Source: Candidatus Bathyarchaeia archaeon (GTDB lineage: Archaea; Thermoproteota; Bathyarchaeia; Bathyarchaeales; Bathycorpusculaceae). Taken from it: a stretch of DNA of 45,902 bases. Each line of letters begins with the position of its first letter. Positions within the stretch are counted from its first letter, which is position 1. The stretch covers positions 1 to 45,902 of the forward strand of contig JBEKBM010000026.1 in NCBI GenBank assembly GCA_050015395.1, given 5' to 3'. The translations under genes and the position numbers were made by a program. Positions 27,258-36,734 of this stretch are shown piece by piece. The notes beneath the pieces are model-generated. The model had not been told where the DNA came from. It saw only the letters and a program-made list of their open reading frames with translations, and made no database searches.

Positions 27258-29747
27258 TTAAGTGTAAGGGTAAGATTGGCACTTGAAAGTCTCCTGAAAT
27301 TTGTTCAGGCTTGCGTTATGTTTAATTTTGCATTTTACAATTTTTTGCCTATTAGGAATAAGGTCAAAAAAATTATCCTCAAACCTTCCATCCAAGCCAC
27401 CCATATCTAATTTTACCGCTTTAGCATAAACCGTCGACTCAAGCGAAATTTTAAAAGTTCTGTCGCCAGCTTTTTTGATATCCGTTTTAATTTTTGGTAT
27501 TGGTAGTTTCAAGTCCTTGGGTTCTTGAACGGTTTTTGAATCCTCATAAACGATTATGCCATTTCTTTCAAGACTAATCGTTAAAAGACAGTTATCTACA
27601 ACTGGAAGAGTATCTAAAGCTTCATTTAAAACTAAAGCGGAAGTGTAAGCTGGCGTTGTCGCCTTTCTGTTTTCAGCATGCAGGCTCTCACCGTTAAACT
27701 TTAAGAGTTCAAACTTAAAATCCAACTCTAAGCTCTTGCTTGTTTCGTTAACGATGTAAGCGTAAACTTTGCCCTGTTTAACAATTAATGGGGCAATGAC
27801 TGGTTGAAAAGCCCGCTTGACAAAATAGTATGCTGGCTTAGGATTCAAGCCGTAATCAATGAGGCTCCAGCTTATCGCTGGCCAGCAATCATTGAGTTGC
27901 CAAATTAAGCATCCGCTGGTTTTGAACATGCGGCTTCTCCAATGGGTCACCGCTGTCTTTAATGCTTCAGCCTGATTCAGCTGCGCATAAAGTGTAAACC
28001 GCTTGAGGTCTTCAGGCACAGGGTAGTGCAAGGATAGTAATGTACGTAGTATTTTTAACCCGTCAACCTGCTTCTCATGAGCGTCAAACGCAGGCGAATC
28101 AAGATTCAAGTCAGCGCTATCCAGGTATTCACTTAAGAGCTCAAGCGTTGGTGGAGCCTGCCAGCCAAACTCTGTCAAAAAACGCCCCTTATCATCAAGA
28201 TACGCGGGGTAATCCACTTGTTTACTCCAAACAATCCAGTTGTTCCTACTGCCTTCATGCTCACTATTGGGTTCTCCTTCGTCATATGGACTGCTTGGCC
28301 GGTAAGGACGGGTGCCATCAAGTCTACCTATTACGTCTGGCAGTATCTTTTCAAATATTGGCAACCCAAACAGTCTAGGAGTATCCTTCCACAAGGTTTT
28401 GTATTGCCATTGAACCTCGTTGTTGCCGCACCAAACAACTATGCAAGCGTGTCCTCGCAAACGCCGCACGACCTCCTCTGCTTCTCTTTCGGCTTCCTTG
28501 AGGAACCAGTCGTCTTCTGGGTAAGCTGAGGAGGCGTACATGAAATCTTGCCAAACCATTATTCCAAGCCTATCACACAAATCGTAAAAGGCATTGTCTT
28601 CGTAGATTCCGCCGCCCCAAACCCTGAGCATGTTAAAGTTCGCTTCCGCCGCCAAACCGAGAAGTCTCTGATAGCGGTCTGCCGTAACTCTGGGCAAAAA
28701 GGAGTCGGCAGGTACCCAGTTAGCCCCCTTACAAAAAACTGGCAAACCATTGACTATGAAAATAAACGATTTGCCTTCATCATCAGGCTCCTGCAGAAGC
28801 TTTACGCTTCTAATCCCGCATTTAGCCGCTGCCTTATCACATAAAACCTCGGCGCAGTAAAGCTCCACTGAAACATTATAAAGATTCTGTGCACCATAAC
28901 CTCTGGGCCACCAAAGATGTGGCTTAGCAATTTCAAACTCGCTTTCAAGACAACTCTTCCCAGAAGCAATTCGCTTGCTTACTTGTTTTTCATTTCTCTG
29001 CCCGAACCCTTCCATAACAAACTTAGCCTTAACAACGTAAGGCTTTGGGGCGTAAACATCGGCGATGGCTTTAATTTTTGCTTTGTCTTCTGAAACTTCC
29101 AAGGGCAAAGCTGCTAGATAACCTAACTTTGCCTTGTCATAGGCGATTACTCTTGCGTTCCGCCAGATTCCAGCTGTTGGTAAGGTTGGTCCCCAATCCC
29201 AGCCGAAAGAATATTGTGCCTTGCGCACGTATGGTCTGGCTGAAAAGTTCTCAGCATGCAAAGAGCCATATTTGCCGCTGTATTTGCGTTCCAATTCAAA
29301 TGCAACCTTGTAGGGCTTAAAGCAAACTGCAATAACGTTCCTGCCATCTTTCACTGCTTTGCTGATGTTGAATCGCCAGGAAGTAAACATGTTATTTGCT
29401 TCGCCAACTTTTACGCCGTTCACCCAGACAGTGGCAAACGTGTCTAAACCATCAAAAACAAGCTCAACAACCTGCTTTTCTAAAAGTTCAGGTGATAACT
29501 CGATTTCTTTGCGGTACCACCACTCGTTTTCAGGTGCCCATTGGACCTTTTCCTCGTTTAAATCCTTGAATGGGTCGGGGATAACATTGTTAGCCAATAA
29601 GTCCAAGTGAACAGTTCCCGGAACTTTCGCTGGAAGCCAACCATCATCATCGTATTCCACTCTGTACGCCCCTAATTCTTCTCCGTTGCACTCGACAAAA
29701 CCTTTGAACTTCCATGAACCATTCAATGATAACTCAAAATTAGCCAA
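27258..29747 (-). CDS. Beta-mannosidase, glycoside hydrolase family 2
   Basis: RKAQYSFGWDWGP, KGANWVP, NMLRVWGGG, WCGNNE (acid/base), TEFG (nucleophile), WQLNDCWP. Confidence 0.93.
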   Translation of the reverse strand: MANFELSLNGSWKFKGFVECNGEELGAYRVEYDDDGWLPAKVPGTVHLDLLANNVIPDPFKDLNEEKVQWAPENEWWYRKEIELSPELLEKQVVELVFDGLDTFATVWVNGVKVGEANNMFTSWRFNISKAVKDGRNVIAVCFKPYKVAFELERKYSGKYGSLHAENFSARPYVRKAQYSFGWDWGPTLPTAGIWRNARVIAYDKAKLGYLAALPLEVSEDKAKIKAIADVYAPKPYVVKAKFVMEGFGQRNEKQVSKRIASGKSCLESEFEIAKPHLWWPRGYGAQNLYNVSVELYCAEVLCDKAAAKCGIRSVKLLQEPDDEGKSFIFIVNGLPVFCKGANWVPADSFLPRVTADRYQRLLGLAAEANFNMLRVWGGGIYEDNAFYDLCDRLGIMVWQDFMYASSAYPEDDWFLKEAEREAEEVVRRLRGHACIVVWCGNNEVQWQYKTLWKDTPRLFGLPIFEKILPDVIGRLDGTRPYRPSSPYDEGEPNSEHEGSRNNWIVWSKQVDYPAYLDDKGRFLTEFGWQAPPTLELLSEYLDSADLNLDSPAFDAHEKQVDGLKILRTLLSLHYPVPEDLKRFTLYAQLNQAEALKTAVTHWRSRMFKTSGCLIWQLNDCWPAISWSLIDYGLNPKPAYYFVKRAFQPVIAPLIVKQGKVYAYIVNETSKSLELDFKFELLKFNGESLHAENRKATTPAYTSALVLNEALDTLPVVDNCLLTISLERNGIIVYEDSKTVQEPKDLKLPIPKIKTDIKKAGDRTFKISLESTVYAKAVKLDMGGLDGRFEDNFFDLIPNRQKIVKCKIKHNASLNKFQETFKCQSYPYT

Positions 29748-29813
29748 AATTCTACCCTAAAAAATTAGAGAAATCAAACTAATAATCTTACCCTTAAATC
29801 TGAAGGCAGTGAG

Positions 29814-30458
29814 TTAAACTAAATAAATAATACAGCACTTGAGCAAAGCAACGATTATCCTTAAGTTAGCTCTAATTTTGCCGCCAATCCGCGGGTTACA
29901 GCGCCTAGGCGGAGGCTCATACATTACTTCGCCAATCTTAAAACCATGCTTTTTAGCAATAACCAGTAATTCGCCGCCAAAGGTTTCTCCGCCCCTCAGG
30001 TTAAAGTGGGCAATTGTTTCTTTTTTGTAAGCCCTAAAATTTGAGAAAAAATCTGATACTCCTAACATTTTACCCAGCGTTCTGGAAGCCAGCTTCTCTG
30101 AAAATCTTGGAACAGTGGTTCGTGACGCTACAACTAAATCCAACTCGCCGAATCTGCTAATAAGGCTAATTATGAAATCTGGGTTATTTTCTAGGTCAGC
30201 GTCTATTGTTACTATTACAGGAAACTTGGCTAGTTTCATCCCATACACTAAACCTTTAGTTTGCCCTTCCCGAACTTTTGAAACCGCCAAATCTGCAAAG
30301 CACTTAGCAACATCAAATGTCCCATCAGAAGAACTATCATCAACAACAATTATTTCATGCGGAAAATCTCTGAGCGCTGACCTTACTTTAAGAATTAATT
30401 CCTTAATGTTTTCTCTTTCGTTCCAAGTCGTTGTTACTATGGATATGCCCTGAGCCAT
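29814..30458 (-). CDS. Glycosyltransferase family 2 (DPM-synthase-like)
   Basis: WNERENI, VVDDSSSDGT, DADL; start moved to ATG 30458, which has a GGTGA SD. Confidence 0.88.
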   Translation of the reverse strand: MAQGISIVTTTWNERENIKELILKVRSALRDFPHEIIVVDDSSSDGTFDVAKCFADLAVSKVREGQTKGLVYGMKLAKFPVIVTIDADLENNPDFIISLISRFGELDLVVASRTTVPRFSEKLASRTLGKMLGVSDFFSNFRAYKKETIAHFNLRGGETFGGELLVIAKKHGFKIGEVMYEPPPRRCNPRIGGKIRANLRIIVALLKCCIIYLV

Positions 30459-30918
30459 TTCGTCACCGACGCTCATGAGTAGCCATAGCCATCTCAAGTT
30501 ATAAGTTATATTGCATGCAAAAATTAGCCTAAAATTTGATTTGAACATCAGTGTTCTGACTTTTCATGGGTCCTTGGGTTTTCCAGTCATAATACAAGCG
30601 GAAGCAACATCATAAACTTATACAACTCTAACAGTGGCGACATCTCCCGCACTGCCTTCCCTTTTTTTTATCAGACTCAAAACCGTTTACTACGTGCATT
30701 CAAGCCTTAGAATGTACGCGGTGCCTGCTTTTATCTCGGTTGCATCGGCGTTTAGGTCTATCTGCCTCTTGCAGTGTGTCTCCCAAATTTTGGTACACAT
30801 AAAGATGTTAAAAGTTGCATTGGCTTCTATGCTGTGGATGCTTTTTTGAGGAATTGCTCGATTAATTGCAGGTCTTCTTGGACGGGCTGCATGCTTCAAC
30901 GCGATGTGGATTTAACCT

Positions 30919-31047
30919 TCAAAAAAGCTCTTTAATGTCCGTAGCATCCTTTTCCGTCGGCAACGGCGTGATCTCAATACTGCGTTTGTCTGCGTTAATC
31001 TCGACTAACATACCGTAATAACCATTTTCTTCTACGAGTTTTTTCAT
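30919..31047 (-). CDS. Small protein MKKLVEENGYYGMLVEINADKRSIEITPLPTEKDATDIKELF (not in ORF track)
   Basis: ATG-initiated 42-aa ORF with protein-like composition. Confidence 0.45.
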   Translation of the reverse strand: MKKLVEENGYYGMLVEINADKRSIEITPLPTEKDATDIKELF

Positions 31048-31063
31048 TGCTTTTGTGTAATAT

Positions 31064-31120
31064 GTGATATACACAGTGATACACGTGGTGATAGCTACGT
31101 GTGCGAGATATAGCTACGTG
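31064..31120. repeat. Short phased direct repeats
   Basis: GTGATA at 31064, 31076 and 31088 (12-bp spacing); ATAGCTACGTG at 31091 and 31110. Confidence 0.55.
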
Positions 31121-31285
31121 CGGGAAGGAGAGAGAGAAAGAGACCGAGTGAGTGAGAATTAAAACGAAAGAATGTAAGTTTGGGTTAGGGTTTGGAACTA
31201 AAATTTAATATACTTCTGATTCAGACAATATTAATAAGAAAGCGCTATTATGTTATTGAATGGAGAGGGGGAGGTGAAAAAGAGA

Positions 31286-31831
31286 ATGAAAGTCGCTTTA
31301 ACGAGGAAAATGATTGTTTTAACGCTCGCTGCTCTCATGTTAACTGTAGGCGTCGTTTTTGCTGCAGCTAGTGTGTCAATTTGGACGAAGCCTTCTAATA
31401 CCATAACTGCTCAACAAACAGTGACAATCCCTAAGGGATTAGTAGTTTGGTGGGTTGAACCGCCGCCGGCGAGTGGTGTGGTGACCAATGAGCAGTTCAT
31501 GATGATCGTGGGAGTCAACAACACCAATCTGGGAGCGCTGGGAGCATTGACATTCAATGTGACCGTGACTGGTACGGGGATCTATCCGGCAGCAGGTCCG
31601 GCGGTTTCAGTATCCATGTCTACAGGAGATCTGAGTACCTCATATTATAATGGATATGAGACCATGAGCGTTTGGAGTAGTACTGGGACAAATAATATCG
31701 TTTTCCTAGGAAGTTCTATAACAGTTCCGCCTGGTGAGACAATGTGGGGCTTCCTTGCCACGTCCTACGTCTCTAGTACACTCAAATGGTCCGTAACAGT
31801 AGTAGCACCTCCTTCTTATTACGTGTCGTAA
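31286..31831 (+). CDS. Secreted beta-rich protein
   Basis: Strong SD GGGGGAGGTGA; signal peptide MKVALTRKMIVLTLAALMLTVGVVFAAA. Confidence 0.7.
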   Translation: MKVALTRKMIVLTLAALMLTVGVVFAAASVSIWTKPSNTITAQQTVTIPKGLVVWWVEPPPASGVVTNEQFMMIVGVNNTNLGALGALTFNVTVTGTGIYPAAGPAVSVSMSTGDLSTSYYNGYETMSVWSSTGTNNIVFLGSSITVPPGETMWGFLATSYVSSTLKWSVTVVAPPSYYVS

Positions 31832-31854
31832 CACAGCCATCAGAAAGCGGTCCT

Positions 31855-32034
31855 TCAGCACTCTCCTATTTTTTTTATGTGTTCTAAGTCTTCGCCAAAA
31901 CTTAAATCCCAAGGGTTGTACTGTATTTTTAACTCTAAGAATTGGGCTTCAACATCGCGTTCTGGCTGTCCTTTAGATTTGCAGTATAAGTTCCACTTAC
32001 CATTTTCGAATGATATTATGAGTATATCCTTCAT
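31855..32034 (-). CDS. Small protein MKDILIISFENGKWNLYCKS...KKIGEC (59 aa, not in ORF track)
   Basis: ATG with GAGGTGA SD. Confidence 0.6.
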   Translation of the reverse strand: MKDILIISFENGKWNLYCKSKGQPERDVEAQFLELKIQYNPWDLSFGEDLEHIKKIGEC

Positions 32035-32066
32035 TCTTTCACCTCTTCTTTGCGTTCCGACAACAC

Positions 32067-32183
32067 TTAGCTTCCTACTGGATGGTTTTTCATGTACTCG
32101 GTTAAGGCTTGCGCTGTTTCCTCAGAGACTTTGTAGGTTGAACCTGTTTTTTTGACAACGTACAAAACCCAATCTTTCCAGAG
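32067..32183 (-). pseudogene. 5'-truncated ribbon-helix-helix-like gene fragment (LWKDWVLYVVKKTGSTYKVSEETAQALTEYMKNHPVGS*)
   Basis: Two-helix RHH-like pattern lacking its start and beta strand; in-frame stop immediately upstream. Confidence 0.4.
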
Positions 32184-32293
32184 TCAAGTATGTGTCATAA
32201 ACGCAGGATTGCGATGATAAACTTAAAATAATTGGAAGGACTGATGTGTTAACGAATTCATAAATTAGAGTAAGATTAATAGAGGAAGAAAAA

Positions 32294-33598
32294 ATGAGCA
32301 AACAAGAAAAACCCCACTTAAACCTCATCATCATGGGGCACGTTGACCACGGAAAATCCACCACTACAGGGCACTTACTTTACTTAGCAGGCGCAATTGA
32401 CGAGAGAACAATTAAGGCATATGAAGAAGAAGCCGAAAAAATGGGCAAAGGCACATTCAAGTTCGCTTGGGTACTCGACAACTTAAAGGAAGAACGAGAA
32501 AGAGGAGTCACGATCGACCTTCGATTCCTGAAATTCGAAACCAAGAAATTCAACTATACAGTCATTGATGCGCCAGGACACAGAGACTTCATCAAGAACA
32601 TGATTACTGGCGCAAGCCAAGCCGATGCTGCCGTGCTCTTCTGCTCAGCCAAAAAAGGCGAGTTTGAAGCAGGCATTGGTCCAGGCGGCCAAACACGCGA
32701 GCATGCGTTTCTAGCATTCACTTTAGGTATTCGACAACTAATTGTTGCAGTTAACAAAATGGATGATGCATCCGTTAACTGGAGCAAGGATAGGTATGAA
32801 GAAATAAAGAACGAAGTTTCAAGAATGCTGCGAATGGTAGGCTACAAAGTCGATAAAATCAACTTTATACCTGTTTCAGGCTGGACAGGCGACAACCTGA
32901 TCAAGAAAAGCGACAAAATGCCATGGTACACTGGTCCAAGCCTAATTGAGTCACTAGACCTTTTAGAAGTACCCGCTAAACCAACTAACAAGCCCTTACG
33001 CGTTCCAATTCAAGACGTTTACAGCATCACTGGCATCGGTACAGTTCCAGTCGGCAGAGTCGAAACAGGCACTCTCAAAGCAGGACAAAACATAATTTTC
33101 ATGCCCAGCAACAAAACCGGCGAAGTTAAATCAATAGAAATGCACCACGTCAACATTCCAGTAGCTGAACCAGGCGACAACATCGGCATGAACGTAAGAG
33201 GCATCGCAAGAACCGACATCCACAGAGGAGACGTAGCGGGACCAGTTGACAATCCGCCAACAGTGGCTAAAGAATTCATTGGTCAAATCATAGTGATTTA
33301 CCACCCAACCGCCATGGCAGCAGGATACACACCAGTACTCCACTACCACACAGGACAAATCGCATGCAGATTCACCGAACTAATAAAGAAAATCGATCCA
33401 CGCACAGGCCAAGTAACCGAAGAGAAGCCAAGCTTTCTCAAAACCGGCGATGCAGCTTGGGTAAGAATGGAACCATTGCACCCTATAGCCGTCGAGGCTT
33501 ACACAGACTTTCCAGAGCTCGGGCGATTCGCCATCAGAGACATGGGCACAACCGTAGCTGCAGGTGTCATAAAAGAAGTCACTAAAAAGGGACCTTAA
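32294..33598 (+). CDS. tuf: Translation elongation factor EF-1alpha
   Basis: [38 protein letters not shown]. Confidence 0.99.
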   Translation: MSKQEKPHLNLIIMGHVDHGKSTTTGHLLYLAGAIDERTIKAYEEEAEKMGKGTFKFAWVLDNLKEERERGVTIDLRFLKFETKKFNYTVIDAPGHRDFIKNMITGASQADAAVLFCSAKKGEFEAGIGPGGQTREHAFLAFTLGIRQLIVAVNKMDDASVNWSKDRYEEIKNEVSRMLRMVGYKVDKINFIPVSGWTGDNLIKKSDKMPWYTGPSLIESLDLLEVPAKPTNKPLRVPIQDVYSITGIGTVPVGRVETGTLKAGQNIIFMPSNKTGEVKSIEMHHVNIPVAEPGDNIGMNVRGIARTDIHRGDVAGPVDNPPTVAKEFIGQIIVIYHPTAMAAGYTPVLHYHTGQIACRFTELIKKIDPRTGQVTEEKPSFLKTGDAAWVRMEPLHPIAVEAYTDFPELGRFAIRDMGTTVAAGVIKEVTKKGP

Positions 33599-33799
33599 AC
33601 CCTTCCATTTTATTTTTTGTTTAATTAATAAAGCGTGTCTTTTTAACTTTAATTCACTATATTTTCAGCGTTAACAGGCTAGACTATTCAATTTTTAATT
33701 TGTTCAGTTTAATTTATGAAAGCATTGTTGTAGTCATGTGACACACACAAGTGTATAAATCGTATGATTAGGAAAGTGGCTTACTAAAGGTGTGGGTTA

Positions 33800-33967
33800 A
33801 TGGATTATCAAATTGAGAAATCCTGCATGCTGTTAAACAAGAATTTTGACAGGGCTAAAAGGGGACGCTTAAGCCAAAAGCTTGAGTGTATATCATTGAG
33901 AGATGTGCCACTCGAAGTTAGGCGCGAAGAAGCAAAAAAACCGTTATTCTTAATCAGGTACGAGTAA
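33800..33967 (+). CDS. Small hypothetical protein MDYQIEKSCMLLNK...KKPLFLIRYE (55 aa, not in ORF track)
   Basis: ATG with AAGGTG upstream; fills the tuf-xpf gap. Confidence 0.5.
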   Translation: MDYQIEKSCMLLNKNFDRAKRGRLSQKLECISLRDVPLEVRREEAKKPLFLIRYE

Positions 33968-34154
33968 AACGATGATTAACAAAGCAAACGATTGGTTCAA
34001 TCAATAGTTTCTTCTAACGTTTTAACTGTTTTTTACTGGAAAAGCTGACATTTTTCAGCCCAAAGTTGTTTTTTATATTTTTAAGTTTTCGATTCTTAGA
34101 AGCGCAAGCAAAATAAATACATGCAGTTATGGTTACGTATTAAGGGTTGACTGT

Positions 34155-34880
34155 ATGTCTGGAACTGAAACGTTGCTTCCTTACGTGAGTGATAAAAAGA
34201 AGAAGGGTGAAGAACCCACCATAATAGTGGATAGCCGAGAGGCGAGTAGTGCAGAAAAGATTGTTAAAGGCTTAATTGAACGGGGAGTCAACGTTAAAAC
34301 TGAATTATTAGAGAAAGGCGACTACATTCTCTCTGACCAGTGCGCGGTGGAACGTAAAACCGTCAACGATTTTGTTTACACCCTCACCCGGCGGTACCTT
34401 TTCGAGCAGCTTTTCAGCCTTAAAGATGCTTATCCCAAATCGCTTATCGTTCTTGAGGGTTACCTGCCGATAATCTACAAGTACAGCCACATACAACCCA
34501 GCGCAATTTGGGGAGCAATGTTCAATCTAGCCAAAAACGGAATTTCGCTAGTTAACACGGCATCGTACAAAGAGACTATTGATTTCCTTTATGTGGCGGC
34601 ACGGCAGGAGCAAATTGTTGAGAAAAGAAGCCCCGTCGTGCACGCCTTCAAAAAATGCGAGACGCTGTCGGATGCCCAAGTATATTTTGTTGCCAGTTTG
34701 CCTAATATTGGAAGAGAAAAAGCAACAGCCATACTGGATTCTTATCAAACACCGATAAACGCGTTAATTAACGTGGATGATTGGTCGAAGGCTGTGAATG
34801 GTCTTGGTCCCGTGATAACTAACAAGGTGAAAGAGGTTTTAAGCACGCCTTACAAGGACAAAACATGTGTAGAAACATAG
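34155..34880 (+). CDS. xpf: Short XPF/ERCC4-type structure-specific endonuclease
   Basis: IIVDSRE, GDY, VERKT and tandem HhH motifs (LPNIG, GLGP). Confidence 0.9.
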   Translation: MSGTETLLPYVSDKKKKGEEPTIIVDSREASSAEKIVKGLIERGVNVKTELLEKGDYILSDQCAVERKTVNDFVYTLTRRYLFEQLFSLKDAYPKSLIVLEGYLPIIYKYSHIQPSAIWGAMFNLAKNGISLVNTASYKETIDFLYVAARQEQIVEKRSPVVHAFKKCETLSDAQVYFVASLPNIGREKATAILDSYQTPINALINVDDWSKAVNGLGPVITNKVKEVLSTPYKDKTCVET

Positions 34881-34903
34881 ATACTTTTAGGTTCTGCTTG
34901 TTT

Positions 34904-35182
34904 CAGTAGATCCGTAAGTGGATTGGCTTATGTGTGCTCTCTCAGCTACCTATCGGAGGTCAAAATATATACGTTTTTCATATACGTTTGTATATACAGT
35001 TAGGCTGACGGTGAAGTCTGAGTGGTATCTTGGCATGATTGCATCAGGCTTCTGCGGGTGAATACTCTCCAGCCGTCGTTTGAGACTTTCAAGCAGGTCT
35101 TGAGCTAACTTGCAGGCCTGCGCAGCAAGTAAAAAAATCATACCCGAGCAAGAGCAAGTACTAGACACTTTCGGAACTACTG
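34904..35182 (-). mobile_element. MITE copy 2 (279 bp), inverted relative to copy 1
   Basis: Ends CAGTAGATCCGTAAGTG ... CACTTTCGGAACTACTG; 5-bp TSD TGTTT at 34899-34903 and 35183-35187. Confidence 0.88.
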
Positions 35183-35207
35183 TGTTTAACGAAAAGTTAA
35201 ATGCTAA

Positions 35208-35783
35208 TTGAACAACTATAAGCCTGCGGTTGGCATGGACAAAGTAAAGATTGCCCTAACAATACTATCGATATTAATTGTAATTGGCCCTCTCGCTGGT
35301 ATCACGTACGCTTATAGGGATAACTTGCTTGGTTTAGTGGTTCCTCCCCAAATTAAGAGCCTGGTAAGCGGCGGTAATTCCACTGGGTCACAGTCTCAAC
35401 CGCAGTTTCAGACGCCCCAGATTGTAGGGCAACCGCAATATAATGCTCAGACGGGCGCGTTTGCTCTTTCCTTCAACTTTACTAACCCCTTAACAAATGG
35501 AATTTCAATCGATAACCTATCCGCAGAAATAACATCCGCAGATTATAGTGTCTCCTTAGGCAATATATCCCTAAGCCAACCAATCAATATAGCGTCAGGT
35601 GAAACCTCTATCATCAACATTTCTGGAATTTTGAATCAAAACGCAATAAGTCAACTTGAAGCTCAAAATCCAGGAGTTAACAGCATCAACATTTCCCTTG
35701 AAAACTTAAATGTTGAAGTCGCCGGCATCACCGTACATATGGACCAGGTAAATGATGTAGGGCAGCTTCAATTGCCTGGGTGA
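35208..35783 (+). CDS. Membrane-anchored hypothetical protein (LEA-2-like beta sandwich)
   Basis: N-terminal TM; FNFTNP...ISIDNLSAEI...LGNISL pattern. Confidence 0.65.
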   Translation: MNNYKPAVGMDKVKIALTILSILIVIGPLAGITYAYRDNLLGLVVPPQIKSLVSGGNSTGSQSQPQFQTPQIVGQPQYNAQTGAFALSFNFTNPLTNGISIDNLSAEITSADYSVSLGNISLSQPINIASGETSIINISGILNQNAISQLEAQNPGVNSINISLENLNVEVAGITVHMDQVNDVGQLQLPG

Positions 35784-36406
35784 ACAGAATGGGTCGAAGC
35801 ATAAACTGGTTTGGTCTGGCTGCTGGAATCATCACTTTAATTGTGCTTGTTATTTCCTTTTATGTCCCTTGGTGGCAGTTAACGATTGGTGAAAACCTCA
35901 TAAAAGTTAATGCCTCCCCAGTGAACACAAATTTCGGCTTGTTTGGTGGTGCTCAATTTACGGTGCCGTTAATTTGGGCTTTGAACCTTATAATCATACT
36001 AACGTTTACCGCCAGCGGTCTTGTAATGCTGATTTACTCTGTTAATCCTACAAAATCTTACTCTAAACATCTGCTTGGCTTTTCGTACAAGAAGCCACTA
36101 TATGCGTTGATATCTTTTGTGGTTGGTCTAGTCGCAATTGTAATAATCGCTGGATTCCTTGGAATGAGTATTCCTCTTATGGGCTCAACAACCCTTACTT
36201 TGCCGACACAATTCATCGCCAGTGGTCTGAGCATTAGCGCTTTGGTTTCAGGAAGCTTTCAATTGCCCTTCTACCTTGCAATAGTAGCCGCCGCACTATG
36301 CATCGCCGCACGCTTATACCACAAAAACCTCGCTAAAATCCAAAAAACAATGCCAGAAACAGCAGCTTCGCCGACTGAGACTACCTCAACCAATGTATCG
36401 GCTTAA
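35780..36406 (+). CDS. Four-TM membrane protein
   Basis: Hydrophobic segments with PWW; overlaps the upstream stop (GTGA). Confidence 0.75.
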   Translation: MNRMGRSINWFGLAAGIITLIVLVISFYVPWWQLTIGENLIKVNASPVNTNFGLFGGAQFTVPLIWALNLIIILTFTASGLVMLIYSVNPTKSYSKHLLGFSYKKPLYALISFVVGLVAIVIIAGFLGMSIPLMGSTTLTLPTQFIASGLSISALVSGSFQLPFYLAIVAAALCIAARLYHKNLAKIQKTMPETAASPTETTSTNVSA

Positions 36407-36515
36407 GCCACTCTTTCTTTTCAACAACAAATGTTGCCTGACCGTTAAAGTTTAAAGCCTAAGCCAACATTATTCTATGAACCCGCAAAAAATAGCCGTC
36501 TAAAAGCGATTTAAA

Positions 36516-36593
36516 GGGGCTGTCGGCTAGCTTGGTCTAGGCTTGTAGCCTCGGGCGTTATAGACGAGAGTTCAAATCTCTCCAGCCCCACCA
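36516..36593 (+). tRNA. tRNA-Pro(CGG), CCA encoded; integration site (attL)
   Basis: GGGGCTG/CAGCCCC acceptor; anticodon arm GTAGC-CTCGGGC-GTTAT; T arm GAGAG-TTCAAAT-CTCTC. Confidence 0.92.
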
Positions 36594-36734
36594 TAGAGCT
36601 CGCTGGTAGATTTTTTGCGATTCTTCAATCTACCTTTATTTTGAGAGTTAAGCTTTCGTCAAAAAAAGAGTTGGACACATTGCTTTTAAGCGCAAGCTGA
36701 CAATCAAGAGAACGTCAAGTTGGTCCCGCAATAA

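Noticed and set aside
34950-35168. 72-aa minus-strand ORF in the ORF track
   Set aside because: It lies entirely within MITE copy 2, and the frame is not preserved in copy 1.
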